A stretch of 32,000 nt of DNA from Candidatus Saccharimonadota bacterium (lineage in GTDB: Bacteria; Bacteroidota; Bacteroidia; Flavobacteriales; Blattabacteriaceae): positions 30,001 through 62,000 of the forward strand of contig NZ_CP059199.1 of assembly GCF_014251775.1 (NCBI RefSeq). Direction: 5' to 3'. The notes below the pieces were generated by a model that ran no database searches, had not been told where the DNA came from, and was given only the letters and a program-made list of their open reading frames with translations. Each line of letters begins with the position of its first letter. Positions within the stretch are counted from its first letter, which is position 1. The translations under genes were made by a program, and so were the position numbers. This document shows positions 25,716 to 32,000 of this stretch, piece by piece.

Positions 25716-27035
25716 ATGGATTTCGGAATTTTGCGTATGAAAAAAATTTTATTTTCCATTATTATTTTTTTTCTTTTTGTATTAGAATCTGAATCTAAAG
25801 AAGAAATCATTGGAAATATTGATAATGGTAAAAGTATTTTTAAAAAAAATTGTACAACATGTCATTCAATAGATTTAGAAAAAAAAATGATAGGACCAGC
25901 TTTGTCTGGAATCACCGAAAAAAGAAATCGTGAGTGGTTACATAAATGGATAAAAAATAATAAACTATTAAGGAATAGTGGTGATAAAGATGCTATAGAT
26001 ATTTATAAAAAATATGGAAATATAGAAATGAATTCATTTCCTCAACTTTCCGAAAAAGATATTGATGATATACTATTTTTTATTAAAAATTACAAATTAA
26101 AACTTAAAAATGAAAATAGAAATGAAAAAAATAGTATACTAGATCAAACGGTAAAAAAAAATGAACAATTTATTCAAAAATTATTCATTTTTTTTCTTAG
26201 TATAATTTCTGTAATACTTATATGGATCTTATATAGAACCTATATCCTATATAATTTATTAAATAATAATGATTCCATTCTAATTTTCAAAAAAATTGAT
26301 TTTATATTAAAAATTATATATAAAAACTTTTTAAAAAAACATAAAAATAATTGGTATTTATTTTCTTCTTTTATAGGTATATTGTTAATAATAAACATTT
26401 TTTGCATATGGAATTTTTTAATGAAAATAGATGTAAACAAAGGATATGAACCTAGACAACCAATTTATTTTTCTCATAAAATTCATTCTGAAATCAATGG
26501 AATTGATTGTCAATATTGTCATTCTAATGCAAAATACGCAAAAAATTCAGGTATTCCATCTATGAATATATGCATGAATTGCCATATAACTATTGATGAA
26601 TATAAAGGAAATTATATAGAATATGGTAAAAGTAGAAACGAATATAATAAAGAAATAAATAAAATTTATTATGCTATTGGCTGGAATAAACAAAAAAGAA
26701 AATATACTGGTAAAACTCATCCTGTTAAATGGATTAGAATACATAATATGCCTGATTTTGTATATTTTGATCATTCTCAACATATAATAACAGGTAAAAA
26801 ACCAATTAAAAAATTTAAAAAAGTTAATTTAATTTGTACAGCTTGTCATGGAGAAGTTCAAAAAATGAATCAAGTTAAAATGAATAATGATTTTACTATG
26901 GAATGGTGCATTTCTTGTCATAGAAATGTAAAAATAGATACAGATAATAAATATTATAAAAATTATTTTAAAAATAATAAAGAATATACATTAGATATGA
27001 TAGGGGGAATAGAATGTGCTAAATGTCATTACTAA
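25716..27035 (+). CDS. actA: Alternative complex III subunit ActA: multiheme c-type cytochrome (six CxxCH)
   Basis: The six CxxCH motifs are CTTCH (nt 25851), CQYCH (nt 26508), CMNCH, CTACH, CISCH and CAKCH. There is an N-terminal signal-like helix and two internal TM helices. The ATG at 25737 (MKKILFSIIIFF...) is a more conventional signal-peptide start than 25716. The gene lies immediately upstream of actB, actC and actD. Confidence 0.85.
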   Translation: MDFGILRMKKILFSIIIFFLFVLESESKEEIIGNIDNGKSIFKKNCTTCHSIDLEKKMIGPALSGITEKRNREWLHKWIKNNKLLRNSGDKDAIDIYKKYGNIEMNSFPQLSEKDIDDILFFIKNYKLKLKNENRNEKNSILDQTVKKNEQFIQKLFIFFLSIISVILIWILYRTYILYNLLNNNDSILIFKKIDFILKIIYKNFLKKHKNNWYLFSSFIGILLIINIFCIWNFLMKIDVNKGYEPRQPIYFSHKIHSEINGIDCQYCHSNAKYAKNSGIPSMNICMNCHITIDEYKGNYIEYGKSRNEYNKEINKIYYAIGWNKQKRKYTGKTHPVKWIRIHNMPDFVYFDHSQHIITGKKPIKKFKKVNLICTACHGEVQKMNQVKMNNDFTMEWCISCHRNVKIDTDNKYYKNYFKNNKEYTLDMIGGIECAKCHY

Positions 27036-27120
27036 ATGAATAAAAATATAAATATTATTTAATATTCAATACTATTTAATTTTTGTTGTTATTAAATTAT
27101 AAATAAATTCATATATTTTT

Positions 27121-27240
27121 ATGAAATCAAATAAGAATAAAAGACATTCAATAAGAAAATTTTTTAACGAAAAAAGTTCTAGAAGAGATTTTCTTAAATG
27201 GATTGGATTTACTACAGTTTCAGTTACTTTAACAGCTTGT
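27121..27240 (+). other. Tat-type signal peptide of ActB ending in a lipobox-like LTAC
   Basis: SSRRDFLKWIGF is followed by the hydrophobic stretch TTVSVTLTA and then Cys40 (nt 27238-27240). Confidence 0.6.
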
Positions 27241-30018
27241 AAAGGACCAGTAATAAAATCTATTCCTTATATTGTAAAACCAGAAGAAATAACTTTAGGA
27301 TCACCTGTTTATTATGCATCTACAATGATTGATTCTTTTGATATAGGTTGTGTATTAATTAAGACTAGAGAAGGCCGTCCAATAAAAATAGAACCTAATT
27401 CAAATTCTAAATATTTCAATACTACATCAGCAAGAATACAATCATCTTTATTATCAATTTATGACGAAGAAAGATTAAAGAATCCTTTTTTTAAAGGGCA
27501 ACAAAGTAGTTGGAAATACATAGATAATTATATAATCAAATATTTAAATAAATTAAATAATGCTAATAAAAAAATAGTATTATTATCACACTCTTTCCCT
27601 AGCTTTTCTACTAAAAATTTGGTAGAAGATTTTAAAAAAAAATTTCCAAAAACAGAATGGATAATATACGATCATATATCATATTCTAAAGCATTAAATG
27701 CATCAAAAAATATTTTTGGAATCAGAGCATTTCCATTTTTTGATTTAAAAAATATAGAATTAATAATATCATTTGATGCAGATTTTTTAGGAGATTGGTA
27801 TCCTGAAAGTATGATTCAATCATATGCTAGAAATAAAAATCCTAATCAATCTATGATTCAACATATACATATTGAAAGCAATATGTCAATTTCAGGAGCA
27901 AATGCCGATATAAGAATTTCTAAAAAACCTACTGAAATAAAACAAATATTATTTGAACTGTATGAAGTTATTGTTTTAGAAAAACCAATAAAAAATGAAA
28001 ATATTTATATAAAAAAAATAATATCTAGTATTAAAAAATTAGGTAAAAAATGTGTTGTGTTTTCAGACGGAGATCAAGAATCATATGAATTATCTTTTTT
28101 AATTAATAAAAAAATTAATAGTAATGCTATAAAAAATAATAAATTTATTCTCTCAAAAGAGAGTGATGATGAAAAATTTTATTCTTTCGTAAGAGATTTA
28201 GAAATGAATAATATAGGGGCCTTATTGGTGTATGATACAAATTTTATTTATAGTCTTCCTAATTCCTTATATAATAGAATTATTAAATCAATAAAAAAAA
28301 TTCCATTAATAGTTTCTTTTTCTATTAATAGAAATGAAACTAGCGATATAGCAGATATAATTGCTCCAATTCCTCATTGGTTAGAATCTTGGGGGGATAC
28401 AAATCCTATTAATAATTACTATACTCTTATACAACCTACTATTAAAAAAATTTTTAATACAAGACAATTTCAAGATTCTTTAATAATTTGGAGTAAAATT
28501 AACAAAAAAAATTATTATGAATATCTTAAAAAAGAGTGGGAAAATAATATCATTCCTAAATCCAATATTTATTCATTTAATGAAGCTTTATTTCATGGAT
28601 TCATAGAAACTAATGAAAATAATAACTATAAAAAACATAATAAAAAATTAACAAAAAAATATTACAATTTTAATTTAAATTCAAAAAATTTTGAACTTAG
28701 ATTATATACTAAAATCAGTATGGGAGATGGATATCAATATAATAATCCATGGTTACAAGAATTTCCTGATCCTATTACAAGAACTACATGGGAAAATTAC
28801 TTAACTATATCTTATTTTGATGCAAAAAATAATGAAATAAAAAATTGGAATACCACAGATGGTGCTTTAAATGGAAATTGTGTAAATATAATTCAAAATT
28901 CTAATATAATTATTGAAAATATTCCCGTATTTATCCAGCCTGGACAAGGTATAGGATCTATAGGAATCGCTTTTGGTTATGGACAAAAAAAAGGAAAATT
29001 ATCTAAATTATGTCAAGGAATCAATGCTTATAGGATTTATGAAAATTTTAATATTATTCAATATAATATCCAAATAGAAAAAACTCAAGAAGTACACAAA
29101 TTTTCTTGCATACAACTACAAAATACATTATTTAATAGAAATCTTGTTAAAGAAACTAACTTGTATACTTTTGTAAAATATCCAAAAAAAATTTGGAATA
29201 ATAACGAAGAAGAAGAAAAAGAAAAAAAGTATTTTTTAAATAAAAGCTATTCTATTTGGGAAGATAATGATATTAAAAAAAGTAAAACTGGACATCATTT
29301 TAATCTATCTATAGATTTAAATAAATGTATTGGATGTGGTTCGTGTATCATTGCTTGTAATTCAGAAAATAATATTCCTGTAGTTGGCAAAGAAGAAATT
29401 AGAAAATATAGAGATATGCATTGGATACGGATTGATAGATATTACTCTAATGAGCATAAAAAAAATCCAAAAGTATATTTTCAACCAATTATGTGTCAAC
29501 ATTGCGAACATGCACCATGTGAAACTGTTTGTCCAGTATCCGCAACTTCTCATGGATCACAAGGACAAAATATGATGGCCTATAATCGTTGTGTTGGAAC
29601 TCGTTATTGTGCTAATAATTGTCCTTATAAAGTAAGACGTTTTAATTGGTTTAATTATGCAAATAATCAAAAATTTGATTTTAATATGAATAATAACTTA
29701 GGAAAAATGGTATTAAATCCAGATGTAGTAGTTAGAAGTAGAGGAGTAATGGAAAAATGCTCTTTATGTATACAAAAAACTCAATTTTCTATTGGAAAAG
29801 CCAAAAAAGAAAATAGAACAGTAAAAGATGAAGAATTTGAAACAGCATGTAGTATTTCTTGTCCAACTAAAGCGATAACTTTTGGTGATATTAATGATAA
29901 AAATAGCGAAATATATAAAAAATTAAAAAATCCAAGATCTTATAAACTTCTTGATTTTTTAGGAATTAGTCCAAATGTAAATTATTTACTAAAAATAAGA
30001 AATATTAATAAAAAATAA
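27121..30018 (+). CDS. actB: Alternative complex III subunit ActB: Tat-signal molybdopterin-oxidoreductase-like domain fused to a 4Fe-4S ferredoxin domain
   Basis: The twin-arginine motif SRRDFLKW lies at nt 27178-27201. The large N-terminal domain is molybdopterin-oxidoreductase-like. The C-terminal Cys clusters CIGCGSCIIAC, CQHCEHAPCETVCP, CVGTRYCANNCPY and CSLC...CSISCP span nt 29326-29890. Confidence 0.9.
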   Translation: MKSNKNKRHSIRKFFNEKSSRRDFLKWIGFTTVSVTLTACKGPVIKSIPYIVKPEEITLGSPVYYASTMIDSFDIGCVLIKTREGRPIKIEPNSNSKYFNTTSARIQSSLLSIYDEERLKNPFFKGQQSSWKYIDNYIIKYLNKLNNANKKIVLLSHSFPSFSTKNLVEDFKKKFPKTEWIIYDHISYSKALNASKNIFGIRAFPFFDLKNIELIISFDADFLGDWYPESMIQSYARNKNPNQSMIQHIHIESNMSISGANADIRISKKPTEIKQILFELYEVIVLEKPIKNENIYIKKIISSIKKLGKKCVVFSDGDQESYELSFLINKKINSNAIKNNKFILSKESDDEKFYSFVRDLEMNNIGALLVYDTNFIYSLPNSLYNRIIKSIKKIPLIVSFSINRNETSDIADIIAPIPHWLESWGDTNPINNYYTLIQPTIKKIFNTRQFQDSLIIWSKINKKNYYEYLKKEWENNIIPKSNIYSFNEALFHGFIETNENNNYKKHNKKLTKKYYNFNLNSKNFELRLYTKISMGDGYQYNNPWLQEFPDPITRTTWENYLTISYFDAKNNEIKNWNTTDGALNGNCVNIIQNSNIIIENIPVFIQPGQGIGSIGIAFGYGQKKGKLSKLCQGINAYRIYENFNIIQYNIQIEKTQEVHKFSCIQLQNTLFNRNLVKETNLYTFVKYPKKIWNNNEEEEKEKKYFLNKSYSIWEDNDIKKSKTGHHFNLSIDLNKCIGCGSCIIACNSENNIPVVGKEEIRKYRDMHWIRIDRYYSNEHKKNPKVYFQPIMCQHCEHAPCETVCPVSATSHGSQGQNMMAYNRCVGTRYCANNCPYKVRRFNWFNYANNQKFDFNMNNNLGKMVLNPDVVVRSRGVMEKCSLCIQKTQFSIGKAKKENRTVKDEEFETACSISCPTKAITFGDINDKNSEIYKKLKNPRSYKLLDFLGISPNVNYLLKIRNINKK

Positions 30019-30029
30019 TAAATTCTAAA

Positions 30030-31394
30030 ATGTCTAATCATTATGAAGAATCCCCCATAAGGGAATCATTAATCGCAAAAAATAAAACAATAAGAAATAT
30101 TACTAATGATATTATTTATCCTATAAAAAATAAAGCGGGGAAACTATGGTGGATTTCTTTTTTTCTATCTTTACTAGCATTTATTTGGGGATTAGGATGT
30201 ATTATATATACTGTCACCACTGGGATTGGTGTATGGGGACTAAATAAAACAGTGAATTGGGCATGGGATATTACTAACTTTGTTTGGTGGGTAGGAATAG
30301 GACATGCTGGGACTTTAATATCTGCTGTTTTATTATTATTTCGTCAAAAATGGCGTTTATCTATCAATCGTTCAGCAGAAGCAATGACTATATTTGCAGT
30401 AATACAAGCTGGATTATTTCCTATTATACATATGGGACGTCCTTGGAATGCTCATTGGGTATTACCTATTCCAAATCAATTTGGATCTTTATGGCCTAAT
30501 TTTAATTCCCCTTTATTATGGGATGTTTTTGCCATTAGTACTTATTTTTCTGTATCAGCGGTTTTCTGGTTTATTGGATTAATTCCCGATTTCGCTATGA
30601 TACGAGATAAAATAAAAAATCCATTTCAAAAAAAAATTTATAATATTCTAAGTTTTGGATGGGGAGGAAGTGCAGAAGACTGGAACAGATTCGAAGAAAT
30701 ATCTTTAATATTAGCAGGACTATGTACTCCATTGGTATTTTCTGTACATACTATAGTTTCTTTTGATTTTTCAACTTCTGTAATAAAAGGATGGCACAGT
30801 ACTATATTTCCCCCTTATTTTGTTGCAGGTGCAATTTTTTCAGGATTTGCTATGGTACAAACTTTATTAGGAGTTGCTAGAAAAGTACTAAATTTAGAAA
30901 GCTATATTACAAGAAATCATATTGAGTATATGAATATGATTATTCTATTAACGGGGGGAATTGTCTTATTAGCTTATATTTCTGAATATATTTTAGCTTG
31001 GTATTCTGGAAGTCCTTTTGAAGAATTTATTTATTTTTCTAAAAATGCGGCTATAGGTCCATTTTGGTGGGCTTTTTGGGCATTGATTATATGTAATGTT
31101 ATTATTCCTCAATTTTTATGGATTAAAAGAATAAGAAGAAGTTTTTTTTTATCATTTTTAATAGCTATAATTATTAATATAGGAATGTGGTTCGAAAGAT
31201 TTGATATTATTGTGTTAAACTTAAGCCATGATTATTTACCATCTTCTTGGACAGGATTTATCCCATCATTCGTAGATGTAGGTATTTTTATAGGAACAAT
31301 TGGTTTTTTCTTTACTCTTTATTTATTATATATAAGAGTATTTCCAGTAATTTCTCAATCTGAATTAAAAACAATTTTGAAAAAATCTGAATAA
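30030..31394 (+). CDS. actC: Alternative complex III subunit ActC (NrfD/PsrC-family polytopic quinol-interacting membrane subunit)
   Basis: The 454-aa protein has about 10 hydrophobic helices. The conserved blocks WGLNKTVNWAWDITNFVWWVGIGHAGT and RPWNAHW are typical of NrfD-like subunits. Its operon position is directly after actB. Confidence 0.9.
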   Translation: MSNHYEESPIRESLIAKNKTIRNITNDIIYPIKNKAGKLWWISFFLSLLAFIWGLGCIIYTVTTGIGVWGLNKTVNWAWDITNFVWWVGIGHAGTLISAVLLLFRQKWRLSINRSAEAMTIFAVIQAGLFPIIHMGRPWNAHWVLPIPNQFGSLWPNFNSPLLWDVFAISTYFSVSAVFWFIGLIPDFAMIRDKIKNPFQKKIYNILSFGWGGSAEDWNRFEEISLILAGLCTPLVFSVHTIVSFDFSTSVIKGWHSTIFPPYFVAGAIFSGFAMVQTLLGVARKVLNLESYITRNHIEYMNMIILLTGGIVLLAYISEYILAWYSGSPFEEFIYFSKNAAIGPFWWAFWALIICNVIIPQFLWIKRIRRSFFLSFLIAIIINIGMWFERFDIIVLNLSHDYLPSSWTGFIPSFVDVGIFIGTIGFFFTLYLLYIRVFPVISQSELKTILKKSE

Positions 31395-31925
31395 ATGAAT
31401 AAAATATATACTAATATATATGTGTTATATAATAATGAAAAATTATTAATTCAAAACGCTAAAATTTTTAAAAGAAAAAATTATCATATATATGATATAT
31501 ATTCTCCATATCCGATTCATGGGATAGAAAAAATACTAGATTTAAAAAAATCTAATTTATCATTTCTATCTTTCATATATGGAACTATAGGCTTTTTTAT
31601 TGCAAATATACTTATTTGGTATACTATGATTTTTGATTGGCCTCAAAATATTGGAGGAAAACCTTCTTTCTCTTGGATAAAAAATTTTCCATCTTTTATT
31701 CCAGTGATATTTGAATTATTAATATTTTTTTCTGCACATTTTATGTGTATTAGCTATTTAATTCAATGTAGACTTTTTCCAGGTCGTCGACCAAAGAATC
31801 CAGATCCTAGAACTACTGATGATGTTTTTCTTATAAAAATGAAAATTCCATTTTCTAAAAATTATAAAACAATAAAAAATTCTTTGAAAAAGAATGGAGC
31901 AATAGAAGTTAATTTAATTCATTAA
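31395..31925 (+). CDS. actD: Alternative complex III subunit ActD (DUF3341 membrane protein)
   Basis: The start codon abuts the actC stop (TAAATG). IYDIYSPYPIHGIEK is followed by two TM helices, and the protein is about 175 aa. This matches the fourth gene of Bacteroidetes ACIII operons. Confidence 0.8.
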   Translation: MNKIYTNIYVLYNNEKLLIQNAKIFKRKNYHIYDIYSPYPIHGIEKILDLKKSNLSFLSFIYGTIGFFIANILIWYTMIFDWPQNIGGKPSFSWIKNFPSFIPVIFELLIFFSAHFMCISYLIQCRLFPGRRPKNPDPRTTDDVFLIKMKIPFSKNYKTIKNSLKKNGAIEVNLIH

Positions 31926-31938
31926 AAAATATTAAATA

Positions 31939-32000
31939 ATGAAATATTCTTACTACTTTTTTATATTTTCAATTATTATTATAATAAGTTTTTATTGCAT
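31939..32000 (+). CDS. Start of the next operon gene, probably ActE (monoheme lipoprotein cytochrome c); 3'-truncated by the window
   Basis: The ATG at 31939 lies 13 nt after actD. The sequence MKYSYYFFIFSIIIIISFYC resembles a signal peptide ending in Cys. Identity is inferred only from the canonical actABCDEF order, and no heme motif is visible before the window ends. Confidence 0.4.
   Translation, partial: MKYSYYFFIFSIIIIISFYC

Noticed and set aside
1-32000. Possibility of an alternative genetic code (TGA read as Trp), as in some tiny AT-rich symbionts.
   Set aside because: Conserved Trp residues are encoded by TGG, for example the WWD motif tgg gga cgt tat tgg agt tgg at 7535-7555. Several genes end at TGA exactly where homolog length predicts: sucC at 17064-17066, clpC at 20645-20647 and the esterase at 15138-15140. 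All conserved genes are intact under code 11.
1-32000. Search for tRNA/rRNA/tmRNA genes, CRISPR arrays, transposases, integrases, prophage or defence/toxin-antitoxin cassettes.
   Set aside because: Intergenic DNA totals under 900 bp, in pieces of 157 bp or less, all of them A/T-rich with no GC-rich stem-forming islands. No spaced direct-repeat array is present. Every ORF above 100 aa is explained by a housekeeping family, except one 177-aa TM/TPR-like protein. Nothing supports an accessory or mobile region.

Overview
The window is extremely AT-rich (about 20-22% GC, judged by eye from sampled lines). About 97% of it is coding: the intergenic gaps sum to roughly 880 bp. Gene content and protein signatures point to a strongly reduced Flavobacteriia-type insect endosymbiont genome (Sulcia/Blattabacterium-like). 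I cannot assign the species without a database search.

I count 25 full or partial housekeeping CDSs plus a probable 26th starting at the 3' edge:
- Envelope and nucleotide genes: a 5'-truncated flippase-like membrane protein, a degenerate dUTPase homolog, a sugar-phosphate nucleotidyltransferase.
- tatA, recA and an MBL-fold hydrolase.
- A fused CcsB-CcsA cytochrome c maturation protein.
- alaS, sucA, sucB and sucC.
- A carboxylesterase and a small TM/TPR-like protein on the minus strand.
- An eroded dnaX and a ClpC-type ATPase lacking its N-domain.
- An endonuclease III lacking all four Fe-S cysteines.
- A DUF3127-type OB-fold protein with an SSB-like DDLPF tip.
- An SPFH/band-7 protein and a SufT/DUF59 protein.
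- An active/inactive M16 peptidase pair.
- The start of an alternative complex III operon (actA-actB-actC-actD, probably followed by actE).

I see no tRNA, rRNA, CRISPR, transposase, integrase, phage or toxin-antitoxin signature, and no GC-rich island. Standard code 11 fits: TGA works as a stop and conserved Trp residues are TGG.

I do not find a convincing novel multi-gene system. This is core, syntenic, genome-reduction territory. The points worth a second look are cases of protein erosion or remodelling and long homopolymer tracts inside intact genes:
- dut without motif III.
- nth without its 4Fe-4S ligands.
- dnaX without an arginine finger, sensor 2 or zinc module.
- clpC without the Clp_N domain.
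- A six-heme ActA.
- A retained OB-fold protein of unknown function that carries the SSB interaction tip.
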